Shown here piece by piece: positions 54,018 through 63,555 of a DNA stretch of 63,907 nucleotides. The position numbers and the translations under genes are program-made. The notes under the pieces are model-generated. The model saw only the letters and a list, made by a program, of their open reading frames with translations, had not been told where the DNA came from and searched no databases. Origin of the DNA: Thermoplasmatota archaeon (GTDB lineage: Archaea; Thermoplasmatota; Thermoplasmata; UBA10834); NCBI GenBank assembly GCA_016930135.1, contig JAFGHM010000083.1:1-63907 (forward strand), read 5' to 3'. The first letter of the stretch is position 1; every line of letters starts with the position of its first letter.

Positions 54018-55637
54018 TTGGAGATTTCGGAGAGAGCCTCCGCAGCGTTGGAGGCCTTCATCAGAAGGAAGATGGAGTTCGGGAGCATCCCAGGACTCGC
54101 CATAGGCATAACGGACAGGGAGAGGTCTATTGGATACTCGTATCACGGCTTCTCGAACATCGATGCTCAGATCCCACCGGATTCCGAGACGCTGTTCGAG
54201 ATCGGCTCAATGAGTAAGTCATTCGCCAGCGTCGTGGCCTTGCAGCTCGTGGATGAGGGCTTGCTCGACGTCCATCGCCCGGTAGATGAGTATCTGCCCT
54301 GGCTCGAGGCAAACTGGAAGGAGGAGAAATTCACCATGCATCATCTCATGTCGCACACAGCCGGTCTTCCGACAGGCACAGAGGCGACTCCTGAGCCGAT
54401 GTCCGAAGTCTGGACGCTCAGAGAGTCCGAGCTCGGATGCCGTCCTGGAGAGTTCTTCCATTACTCAAACATGGGCTACAAGATAGTCGGGCTCGTGATC
54501 GAGAAGATAACAGGCCAGAGCTGCGCTGAGGCCATCGCGCAGCGGATCCTGAAGCCTTTGGGGATGAAGAGCTCATACGCTGCCATAACCCACGACATGA
54601 GGGGATTGCTCGCGGTGCCCTACGAGCCATCGCCTGATGACAGACCGATCAGGCGAGGAACGCGCATGGTCCCTGCGCCTTGGGTCGAGAGCGAATCCGC
54701 AGACGGGCCAGTATCTTCCAACCCCGAGGACATGACGGCGTACATCAGGATGCTGTTGAACTCGGGGAGACATCCAGGAGGGCGCTTGCTGTCTGATGAG
54801 GGCTTCGCGGCGCTCACGAAACCCGTGATAAGGCCTTCCGATTCGCCTCCGAACGAGTACTACGCATACGGTCTGGGCATAGAGAATGCCGATGGTCGGA
54901 GAGTCATCGCGCACACAGGTGGAATGGTAGGTTATGTCTCGGCAATGAGGATGGACTTCGACGCCGGGATCGGTGCGATTGTGCTCACTAACGGAGCGAC
55001 AGATGTGGACGATGTCGCGAGATACGCGCTCACGATGATTGGCCGCTCAGCCTCAGGCCCATGGGATCAACCCGAGGAGATGCCGCATTCGGTGAGTGCG
55101 GCCGATGCCGCCGAGTACGTTGGCACGTACCGCTCAGGCAGTGACTCGCTGGAAGTGTTCACTGACGGGCATGGTATGCTGTTCATGGCCTCCCATGGTG
55201 GCTCTGCGATGCTGGAGTCGTGGGGAAAGGACGCCTTCGTCGTGGGCCTTCCCGGGTTCGAGATATTCCATGTCCGGTTCGGCCGTGAGGAGGGCCGAGT
55301 GAGCGAGGTGTTCTACGGGAGTGAGGTGTATGTGCGCACTCAGCGCGGCGAGACTGAGCTAGTCATCTCTCCGAAGGAGTACGATGCATACTGCGGGCAC
55401 TACAGATCCAGCAACCCCTGGCTCACGAATCTCAGGGTGCTGGTCAGGAAAGGCGCTTTATGGATGGTCCAACCCTCTGGCGAAGAGCAACAACTCGTGC
55501 GTCTGGAGCAGAACCTGTTCAGGATCGGTGTCGACGAGAGATCCCCGGATCGGATTCTGTTCGAGGCGATGATCGAGGGGAAGGCACAGAGGGCGGTTCT
55601 GTCGGGACAAGCCTATGCGCGCACGCGAGCACCATGA
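54018..55637 (+). CDS. serine hydrolase of the beta-lactamase / D-aminopeptidase family with an extra C-terminal domain
   Basis: ORF 53736..55637. An in-frame TTG at 54018 lies after GGGAGGG, so the start is uncertain. SxxK SMSK, YxN YSN, and HTGG in the KTG position. Confidence 0.8.
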   Translation: MEISERASAALEAFIRRKMEFGSIPGLAIGITDRERSIGYSYHGFSNIDAQIPPDSETLFEIGSMSKSFASVVALQLVDEGLLDVHRPVDEYLPWLEANWKEEKFTMHHLMSHTAGLPTGTEATPEPMSEVWTLRESELGCRPGEFFHYSNMGYKIVGLVIEKITGQSCAEAIAQRILKPLGMKSSYAAITHDMRGLLAVPYEPSPDDRPIRRGTRMVPAPWVESESADGPVSSNPEDMTAYIRMLLNSGRHPGGRLLSDEGFAALTKPVIRPSDSPPNEYYAYGLGIENADGRRVIAHTGGMVGYVSAMRMDFDAGIGAIVLTNGATDVDDVARYALTMIGRSASGPWDQPEEMPHSVSAADAAEYVGTYRSGSDSLEVFTDGHGMLFMASHGGSAMLESWGKDAFVVGLPGFEIFHVRFGREEGRVSEVFYGSEVYVRTQRGETELVISPKEYDAYCGHYRSSNPWLTNLRVLVRKGALWMVQPSGEEQQLVRLEQNLFRIGVDERSPDRILFEAMIEGKAQRAVLSGQAYARTRAP

Positions 55638-55768
55638 AACGGATGCACGAGCGTGTCGCCCTCATTCACATTCCCTGAGGACGCATTGTTTTTGCTGTTG
55701 TGACGTACCCCAAGTCAGCTGAAACGCACGCTTTAAATCGTACGTAAGGCTGTTCCTTGCCCGTTACG

Positions 55769-57466
55769 ATGCTTGCCGATTTCGAAGAATTCTCACGCTC
55801 TTTGATGGATGAGTACCTCAGCTGGGACCCCGCGTATTCCACACAGCTCGGATGGCACAAGTACGATTGGCTGCTCAGGGACTTCAGTCCTACTGCCATC
55901 GAGCATCAGTCAATCAGGTGTTCTCAGCTCATCGCGGAGCTCAAGACGTACTCTACTGAGAGGCTTTCGCCTGACCAGAGGGTAGACCGCGACCTTGCAG
56001 AGCACCTTCTGAAGCTCTGGCTGTTCGAGATAGAGGGGCTGAGGATGCACGAGAAGGTGTCGTCCGCTGCGACCGACATCGGCAACTCCCTCTTCCTGCT
56101 CATGGTCCGTGACCACCCGCCCCTCGAGGACAGACTCGATGCCATAATCGCCAGGCTTGAGGCGGTTCCCCAGTTCTTGGAGAGATCAAAGGCGGCGCTT
56201 CGGATCCCCTACCGGGCATGGAACGAAGAGGCTCTCGAAGCTGGAAGGCAGATGCCAGCCCTGCTGAGAAACATAGAATCCCTGGTCCAGGGCAAACCGG
56301 TCAGCCATGACAAACGGGAGAGGCTGAAGCGAGCAGTAACGAAAGCAGCCGAGGAGCTCGAGAGACACAACTACTGGCTTTTTCACACCGTCATCCCGAC
56401 CTCGAGCCCAAGATACGCGCTGACGCCAGGGGAGTATGCCAACTACCTCCTGCTGAAAGGATACGGCGTGACCGCTGACGAGGCCCTCAGGATAGGCGAG
56501 GTCTACCTCGACCTCGCGAAAAGGAGACTGCGGGAGGTGGCCAAGGAGATGCTGCCCGGTGGGAATCCCGCCAAGGCCATAGAGATGATGCGGTCAGATT
56601 GTCCAAAGACGTTCCAGGATGCGTTCAGGGAATACAAGGGCACAGTCAGCCGCTGCCGTGAATTCGTCATGAAGGCCGGCCTTGTCACGATTCCTCCCGG
56701 CGAGGAGCTGTCTGTGATCGAGACCCCGGAGTTCATGCGCCCGCTCTGTCCTTTCGCGACGCAGATCGAGCCTGGGAGATTCGACAACTGTCGGAGTGGA
56801 TTCTTCCTGGTCACCCCGACCGGAGACAACAAGGAGTCCCTGAAGGAGCACAGTTTCGTATCCATAGCTAACTCCACAGCTCACGAGGCGTATCCGGGGC
56901 ATCATGTACAGGCCGTGTGCGCGAGGAGCCACCCATCCTACATCCGCGCCCTCTCCTTCTCGCCGGACTTCGTGGAGGGTTGGGGGCTCTATGTTGAGGA
57001 GCTGATGCTCGCGTCGGGGTTCAACAGCACGCCCGTGGGTCGGCTGAACAACATCACGGACCTCATATACCGAATCGTGAGGCTGATCGTGGAGATCAAA
57101 CTCCCCAAGGGCTTCCTCACGCTGGATTCGGCAGCCGAGATGTTTAAGAAGGAGTGTGGCACGGAGATGGATTACGCTCGGATGGAGGCAAGGGCCTGTG
57201 CCATGCTACCTACCTTCTACTCATCCTATCTCCTCGGGAAACTGGCTATGATGCAGCTGCGTGAAGAGGTCCGGGAGGCCATGGGCGACAGGTTCACTCT
57301 CAGAGTCTTTCACGACACTCTGCTGTACTCTGGCACCCTGCCGATGAAGCTTGTCCGCGATGCCGTCGCCGTTCGGCTGAAGGAGTCCCATGGGATCGAG
57401 CTCCTGCCAAGGAAGGAATCACTGTACAAGTATGCAATCAGGCGTGCGAGGGAGGGCAAGATCTAG
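55769..57466 (+). CDS. DUF885-family protein (putative metallopeptidase-like)
   Basis: ATG at 55769 (the ORF opens at TTG 55757). HEAYPGHH motif. The size and helical N-terminal region fit DUF885. Confidence 0.75.
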   Translation: MLADFEEFSRSLMDEYLSWDPAYSTQLGWHKYDWLLRDFSPTAIEHQSIRCSQLIAELKTYSTERLSPDQRVDRDLAEHLLKLWLFEIEGLRMHEKVSSAATDIGNSLFLLMVRDHPPLEDRLDAIIARLEAVPQFLERSKAALRIPYRAWNEEALEAGRQMPALLRNIESLVQGKPVSHDKRERLKRAVTKAAEELERHNYWLFHTVIPTSSPRYALTPGEYANYLLLKGYGVTADEALRIGEVYLDLAKRRLREVAKEMLPGGNPAKAIEMMRSDCPKTFQDAFREYKGTVSRCREFVMKAGLVTIPPGEELSVIETPEFMRPLCPFATQIEPGRFDNCRSGFFLVTPTGDNKESLKEHSFVSIANSTAHEAYPGHHVQAVCARSHPSYIRALSFSPDFVEGWGLYVEELMLASGFNSTPVGRLNNITDLIYRIVRLIVEIKLPKGFLTLDSAAEMFKKECGTEMDYARMEARACAMLPTFYSSYLLGKLAMMQLREEVREAMGDRFTLRVFHDTLLYSGTLPMKLVRDAVAVRLKESHGIELLPRKESLYKYAIRRAREGKI

Positions 57467-57482
57467 ACGCGGGGCGCCCTAA

Positions 57483-58250
57483 TCACCTTGTCGCCACGTC
57501 GGCCTTCTTGCCGTTCGGCTCGCCGTTGCTGTTGAGCATCTGCGTTATCAGCTCATCAAGGGTGCTGATGCTCCACTCGTCGATGAATGTCAGCCTGTCC
57601 CTGTCCTCAGCGTCGCTCTCCGAATACTCCTCCTTCGTCTTGCACTTGTCACCGGTGATGGTGATTATGAAACCGTCGTATCCCAGCTGGCCGTGTATCA
57701 CCTCGAGGGCGTAGCTGACGGCGTACTCGCATGCAACCCCAATCACATGCAGGTAGCCCTCGGCCCTCTTCTGGGCCAGCCACTCGAAGAGGCCTGCATC
57801 TGTGGCGATGACGTGGAACTCTTGGATTCCGAGCCTCCTCGCGACCTTGATGAACTGCCCTATCGAGCAGCTCTGGTGGTCGCACTTGTCATAGGTTGCC
57901 TGGCATATGTTCGACTTCCTGCCGTGCTCGGAGTTGAGGGGGCAGTCGAAGGGCTTGCTGCAGTAAGGCACGAATGCCAGGCTCTTCTCCTCTGTGAACT
58001 TCCTTATGTCGAAGTCCGTGGGAACGGGTATGATACCAACCGATGAGAGCCTCGGGTCCACCTTGCGCAGCTCGAGTCTCTCCGAGAGGCTCTCCATGAT
58101 GAACGCGTAGGGCCTATCGGAGATGGTCCTCTTCAGGAAATCCGAGACGATCGCGAGCCTGGCCGGGTCGTGGCAGGGCCCTCGCTTCTTGGCCGAGGCG
58201 GATTCACTTCGCTTGCGGGAGTCGGATGACAAACCCATCACCTCTTCCAT
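57483..58250 (-). CDS. DUF116-like cysteine-rich protein
   Basis: ORF 57483..58256, with ATG candidates at 58250 and 58238. Pattern VPYCSKPFDCP..C..CDHQSCSIG..VIGVACEY. Confidence 0.6.
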   Translation of the reverse strand: MEEVMGLSSDSRKRSESASAKKRGPCHDPARLAIVSDFLKRTISDRPYAFIMESLSERLELRKVDPRLSSVGIIPVPTDFDIRKFTEEKSLAFVPYCSKPFDCPLNSEHGRKSNICQATYDKCDHQSCSIGQFIKVARRLGIQEFHVIATDAGLFEWLAQKRAEGYLHVIGVACEYAVSYALEVIHGQLGYDGFIITITGDKCKTKEEYSESDAEDRDRLTFIDEWSISTLDELITQMLNSNGEPNGKKADVATR

Positions 58251-59727
58251 TCTCAAGGGTCCTTGTCTCTATCGCGCCTTCATGGGTCTCGACGATGGCC
58301 CTGACTACCAGCAGCTGCAGGTCGGGCCTCTCTATCATCTGACACCCTGCGAAATCCTCGGCGATCATGCACTTGACGACCGGCTCGGAGAGCCTGAGGT
58401 TCTTGCCGGAGATCTCGATGACCCAGTACTTGTCGCCGTTCCTCGTCTCGGATGACAGCGAGATCCTGAGTTGTATGAGATCAGAAACAGAGTACCTGAC
58501 CATGGAGGACACGAGCAGGTCTACAAGGTCGTTCATGTCCTCGCTCGCCGAGATTGGGAATTCGCCCGGCGGCGGCTCGAACCAGAATGCCACATTGCTC
58601 TTGTCGAGCCGGCTCTGCTGGTTCATGATGCTCCTGAGCAGGATTTCCTTGAGGTCCCGCTTCACATGCGGACGCTTGCCCTCCTGTCGTATCTGGGCTA
58701 TCTTCTTCAGGTGAGCGATCAGCTGAGAGGTCGCCAGCACCTGCCTCAGAGCGCCCTTGGCATACCTCTCGAGCTTCGGGTCCAAATTCTCCATGGACAT
58801 GATCATCTCGAGGTACCCCATGATGGCCTGGTTGAAGTTCTGGAGGTCGTGGGACATGAGGTCGAGGTAGAAGTCCTTCTCGGTGATGACCCTGAGCAGA
58901 TTCGCCTCGAGCCGCTTCCTCTCCTCGATGTTCCTGCCTATGCCGAGGATGCCAACCACCTGGTTCTCGTGCCTGATGGGCCTGACTATCATCTCCGCAG
59001 GTATGACCCGGCCGTCCTTGCTCTGAACGCCGACCTCGACTGCCGGAGGGTCCGACTGCCCGGAAAGCAGCATCGCGATGTGGTCGGCCACGACCTCGAG
59101 CGAGTCGGATGAGGTCACGTCGAGAGCGCTCATGCCAAGGAGTTCTTCTCGACTGTAGCCCGTGAGCTTCTCGATGACCTTGCTTATGAGTATGATCTTG
59201 CCGTAGGGGTCCAGCTCATAAATCACGTCGCTCGAGTTCTCCAGTATCTCCTCTAGCTTCCTCGCCCTCGAGGCGAGGTCCCTGACTGCGGCCTCGTACG
59301 AGGATCTGGCGATGGCCATCAGCCTCTTGGTGTCGTAGGTATCCTTGACCTGTCTCTGGATGACGGACCCGTTGTTCTGGAATTCTGTTAGGAACTCGAC
59401 GATGCCTTTGTCCGACGTTGACCTGAACACGTAGTCGACGCCGACGTCGATGAGATAGCGCTCATCTTCGGCCGAGATCGGATACGGGGCGAAAATCGCT
59501 ATTGCCAAGGGCTTCTTCGCGGTCTGCTTGCAGTCCAGGCAGAATATCGCAGCATCTAATGGGGCGCAGAGGGAGCTAGCTATGACCGCATCGTAGGGTT
59601 CTTTCGAGAACTTGTTCCCAGCCTCAGATGCGTCCCATGTCCTGGTCGCCTCGAAGCCTCTTTGGGTCAGCTCCTCCTCTAGAGGCGACAGGTTGGCTAT
59701 CGGGTCGTCGACCACCAACACCCTCAT
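58204..59727 (-). CDS. receiver-like domain - PAS - histidine kinase hybrid
   Basis: 507 aa. N-terminus MRVLVVDD. PAS (SSDVIYELDPYGKIILISK..TGYSREELLG). H-box YLDLMSHDLQNFNQAI. The C-terminal ATPase-like domain is poorly conserved. Confidence 0.8.
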   Translation of the reverse strand: MRVLVVDDPIANLSPLEEELTQRGFEATRTWDASEAGNKFSKEPYDAVIASSLCAPLDAAIFCLDCKQTAKKPLAIAIFAPYPISAEDERYLIDVGVDYVFRSTSDKGIVEFLTEFQNNGSVIQRQVKDTYDTKRLMAIARSSYEAAVRDLASRARKLEEILENSSDVIYELDPYGKIILISKVIEKLTGYSREELLGMSALDVTSSDSLEVVADHIAMLLSGQSDPPAVEVGVQSKDGRVIPAEMIVRPIRHENQVVGILGIGRNIEERKRLEANLLRVITEKDFYLDLMSHDLQNFNQAIMGYLEMIMSMENLDPKLERYAKGALRQVLATSQLIAHLKKIAQIRQEGKRPHVKRDLKEILLRSIMNQQSRLDKSNVAFWFEPPPGEFPISASEDMNDLVDLLVSSMVRYSVSDLIQLRISLSSETRNGDKYWVIEISGKNLRLSEPVVKCMIAEDFAGCQMIERPDLQLLVVRAIVETHEGAIETRTLENGRGDGFVIRLPQAK

Positions 59728-59946
59728 TCGTCCACCGCTCTCTGACTGTCCATTGTGTAGAAAAGAAGCCCCCGAGCGGGGTATATACCTTAAGACACGG
59801 TTATCAGAGTCGATAATCGTACCAGCGCCATCCAGAGGGCGTCCGGACAGGCTCGCGCTTGGGTGTGAGCTAGCCTGAGCGTAAAGTCGGACTGAGCCGT
59901 CGATTTGTGTCCTGAATTGGTTCGACGTCGAGTCGTCGAGTTCTGG

Positions 59947-60387
59947 TTATCGTGCTATCTCTCTTGCCCAATTGGCGGCGCGCTCAAGCTCGCCATCCTT
60001 GAGGGGGCCTTTCGTGCCTGAGACGAAGAATCCCATGGGCGAAGAGACATTGCCCCCGCCCCTAGAGGTGAGGTTCTTGGAGATCTTGTCTGCGGCGTAG
60101 CCGAATATCTTCGCAATCCTGCTCGGAACCCTGGTGTCGAAAGAGGCGAATCTCAGACCTTCGACCGTCGCGTCGGGGAGGCCGTCAAGCAGCTTCTGGA
60201 CCGGCTCTGTCGGCTTCCCTCCATGGGTTGGGGATCCGATCACAAGAAGGTCGATTGAGTCCAGTTGTCTTGGATCCACCTGGTCTGCTCTGACAACTCT
60301 GGCATCGCCGCCCAGCACGCCTCCCATTGCGTCCGCTATCTTCTGCGTGTTGCCGTGGACTGTATCGTAGACAACCAGTATCTTCAT
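59947..60387 (-). CDS. flavodoxin
   Basis: 146 aa. MKILVVYDTVHGNTQKIA and LLVIGSPTHGG. AGGAGGGGG lies upstream of the ATG. Confidence 0.85.
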   Translation of the reverse strand: MKILVVYDTVHGNTQKIADAMGGVLGGDARVVRADQVDPRQLDSIDLLVIGSPTHGGKPTEPVQKLLDGLPDATVEGLRFASFDTRVPSRIAKIFGYAADKISKNLTSRGGGNVSSPMGFFVSGTKGPLKDGELERAANWAREIAR

Positions 60388-60546
60388 GCGTCCCCCTCCT
60401 CTTGGCCTGAGTGATGTGTAGACGTCTCATTCTATTTCAATGCAGCTTGGCGCGCGCCGAAGACGAGGTCATCGGAACCATGTCTTCTTGCCGTGCTCCT
60501 CTCTGTATGGTGACCATGCCAGAGCCAAGGTCGGACTGAAGAAATC

Positions 60547-61071
60547 CTATCGTCTCTTGGTCTTCGAACGAGACGTCGCCCCTGAGAGGGCGTCATCGCG
60601 TCTCGCCTCAGCCGCCAAATCAAGAATCGTATCCTTCTGAGGGTTGCTTATGGCGTACTCCTCAAGGAGAGCTGCCTCCGCTTTGAAGTCCCCCGCCCGC
60701 CAGCAGTCTTCGGCTTCATCAATCAGCTGTGCCAAGGGTTGCTCGAACTTCAGCAGGGCCTCCACCTGACGGCGTTGTCCCGGGTCTGTGAAGTCGGGAT
60801 TCGGATTCTCTTCATCATAGCTCAGCATGAGTCTGATCCTGCCATCCTCTCTTACAATATCGAACAGTCTCTCAAGGCGAGGGTAGTAAGTGCTCCCCAT
60901 TTGTCTCGTCTCATGGGACTTGTAGACATTGAGGGCCGCTCGCCACCTGAAAGGCAGGTCCTGATCGCCTGTGCGCCCCGGCTTCTCCTCGTAGGCCGAG
61001 ACTTCGTCTCGGCGGCGCTTCAAGGTGGCTACTAGATCCTGCTTGTCGTCTCCGATTTCAACTGCCCCCAT
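60547..61071 (-). CDS. hypothetical protein
   Basis: 174-aa ORF, hydrophilic, with no motif recognised. It is called coding only on length and codon appearance. Confidence 0.45.
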   Translation of the reverse strand: MGAVEIGDDKQDLVATLKRRRDEVSAYEEKPGRTGDQDLPFRWRAALNVYKSHETRQMGSTYYPRLERLFDIVREDGRIRLMLSYDEENPNPDFTDPGQRRQVEALLKFEQPLAQLIDEAEDCWRAGDFKAEAALLEEYAISNPQKDTILDLAAEARRDDALSGATSRSKTKRR

Positions 61072-61523
61072 ACCCTATTGTAGCTACCACTCTAAGGTTT
61101 TTTCCAGGCCGTTCCGCGCTTCCAGATTCTCCCATGGGGAACGCTTGAAAGGTCTTCGGCTTCGGTGCACTGCTGGCTTAGTCAGATGCCTTCTTCTCTC
61201 TACGGAAGCCAACCAAGGGCATTGATGCTTTCTGTGCATTCCGCGTCGCTGACGACCTCTGACCCCGTTGCCCTTCGCTCTTGGGGCCGTTATCATCTGT
61301 GAGAATTCATCCGAAGGAGGACAAAGGGTTCCCGCCACAAGATCTGGACATCCTCAGGCGCTTGGCAAGGGACGGGAGACTTGGGAGTGTTACTCGATGC
61401 GGCTCGATTGTCTGCGATCAAGCGACAGGCGACGCAGCAGTGGTGCAAGACGTCTGAGGCTCAGAGATGTCGGCCCAAGATCCTGCGGGATCAAGCATAC
61501 GACTCAGCTGCTTTGCGCATCAG

Positions 61524-62186
61524 TCAGAGCTGTTTCTTGCTGAATACCAGGATTGCCACCAGGAGGAGGATTGCCGTAATGACCGCCCCCGGGATGAGAG
61601 GGAAGTACTCAGAAGAGGATGCCGTGAGCACAGGCAGTACTGCGATTGAGGACAGTTGGTTCGCCCCGTATATCACGAGGATGACGCCGACAAGCACAGA
61701 AGGAGACAATATCCCGATAAGCACGCCCGCGGAGCAGGAGATAGCCACCATCGACACGGCTATCACAATCGCTGGCAGTAGCCCAGACAGCATGGTGGAT
61801 GGTGGCACATCGGAGCCGAAGTAGTCCACTGCGATGCCCAGCATTATCGCGGCGAAGCTCGCGATGACTACGCAGATGTAGACCGCGAGGAACTTGGAAA
61901 GGACGATGTTGCGCCTCTTGACCGGCCGTATTACGAACAGGTCATAGACGTGCTTCTCCCTCTCGTTTATGATGCCTACTGTGAGCATCGCAGCCGAGAT
62001 GGCTCCTCCGATTACGGAAACAAGCAGGGCGGCGAAAGAGGAGAACGGGATCCCCTCCGTTTCGGCGCCGGACGTGGCGAAGTAAAGGATGACAGCTAGC
62101 GCGGGCAGCCCGATCCAGAGGAACAGCATCACCTTCGAGCGGTAGAATCCGTTCAGTTCATCCCTGAGCAATATCGCGAGGCTCAT
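61524..62186 (-). CDS. ABC-2-type transporter permease
   Basis: 220 aa with about 6 TM segments. It overlaps the upstream ATPase gene by 4 nt. Confidence 0.8.
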   Translation of the reverse strand: MSLAILLRDELNGFYRSKVMLFLWIGLPALAVILYFATSGAETEGIPFSSFAALLVSVIGGAISAAMLTVGIINEREKHVYDLFVIRPVKRRNIVLSKFLAVYICVVIASFAAIMLGIAVDYFGSDVPPSTMLSGLLPAIVIAVSMVAISCSAGVLIGILSPSVLVGVILVIYGANQLSSIAVLPVLTASSSEYFPLIPGAVITAILLLVAILVFSKKQL

Positions 62187-63145
62187 GTCGACGCACCCCC
62201 GGATACGAACCGGATGTAGAGTTGTTCGAGGTTTGGGTTGATCGGATAGATGAATCGGATTCTCGAACCCCCCTCGATGATCTTCCTGATGAGTCTGTCG
62301 ACGGAGGCATCGATGTCGGCTTCTGCCGCTAGGTGTACGATCATCCTCCCATCTTCAGTCCGGTCGATGCTGGTAACACCCTGGATGCTCTCCAGCTCCT
62401 TCCAGCGGCGGGAATCCTTCGAAAGCATTATGTCGATGTCCTTGGGCACCTTCAGCCTCTGCCTAAGTCCCTCCAGCGTGCCTTCGTGGATCAGCGTGCC
62501 GTGACTTATGATGCCGATGCGGTTCGCGATGTCCTGGACGTCGCTGAGGATGTGCGAGGAGAACAGAACGGTCGTGCCCTCTTTGGACAGCTGCCTGAAC
62601 ACGTTCTTGAACTGATATCTGGAGGCCGGATCGAGGCCGGCCATTGGCTCGTCAAGTACGAGGAAATCGGGGTCGTGGAGTATTGCCTGTGCCATGCCCA
62701 CCTTCTGGATGGTGCCCCCTGAGAGGTTCACGATCCTCCTGTTCCTCGTGTCCAGGATTCCGAGAAGCTCCAGCACTTCGGGGATACGCTTCTCCACATC
62801 TTGAATGCTCATGCCCGACAGCCTGCCGAAGGTGGTAAGTGCTTGGTCAACTGTCCTCCACTCCTGGAAGGCTGCGTGCTGGGGCAAGTATCCCAGTGCC
62901 CTGTCCATGTTGGCTCCGGAGCCTCCTGAGCCGACCCTGGCCACGCCCTCGTAGTCCTTGATCAAACCTACAAGGATCTTGATGGTCGTCGTCTTCCCTG
63001 CGCCGTTCGGGCCGATGTAGCCGAAGACCTCGCCCTCTCTTATGTTGAATGTGATGTCGTTGAGCGCCCTGAAGGTGCCAAATGACTTGGCCACTCTCTC
63101 CAGGCTCGCTATGTGGTCGCCGTCCCGAGGTTCAACGTTCTGCAT
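62183..63145 (-). CDS. ABC transporter ATP-binding protein
   Basis: Walker A GPNGAGKTT, signature LSGGTIQKV, Walker B FLVLDEP, H-loop SSHIL. Confidence 0.95.
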   Translation of the reverse strand: MQNVEPRDGDHIASLERVAKSFGTFRALNDITFNIREGEVFGYIGPNGAGKTTTIKILVGLIKDYEGVARVGSGGSGANMDRALGYLPQHAAFQEWRTVDQALTTFGRLSGMSIQDVEKRIPEVLELLGILDTRNRRIVNLSGGTIQKVGMAQAILHDPDFLVLDEPMAGLDPASRYQFKNVFRQLSKEGTTVLFSSHILSDVQDIANRIGIISHGTLIHEGTLEGLRQRLKVPKDIDIMLSKDSRRWKELESIQGVTSIDRTEDGRMIVHLAAEADIDASVDRLIRKIIEGGSRIRFIYPINPNLEQLYIRFVSGGAST

Positions 63146-63555
63146 AGTATCCCTTCAGTTTTGTTTCCATCGGTCGTCTCTTTGTTGTGATGGGTTTCGA
63201 CGGATGAGGCTCATGTTGTCCGGATCATAGTCGCCCTGTGATGCCAGCTGAGCCTTCTTTTGTCGGAAGGTCGACGCCCATGAATCGTTCTGAAGGCTTA
63301 AGGTCTTCTCGTCATCCGGGAGCCATTGTCATCCTTGATTATTACAGTCCTTCGGAGAGGGGCCAGTGCTGCCCAGCGCGAGGGACGTGCACGGAGGCTG
63401 CACGCGACAGTCACGACTCGTGTTGCATGAACGGAATCCAGGTAGGTTAAGGACACAAGCCCCTGGAATGCTTCGTTTCTGAGCGTGAATCCTGCGCAGA
63501 CGGTTCAGAGTCAAGCATGGGCAGTTCGATTTGGGGGTTCTCGTTGGCATTGTGC

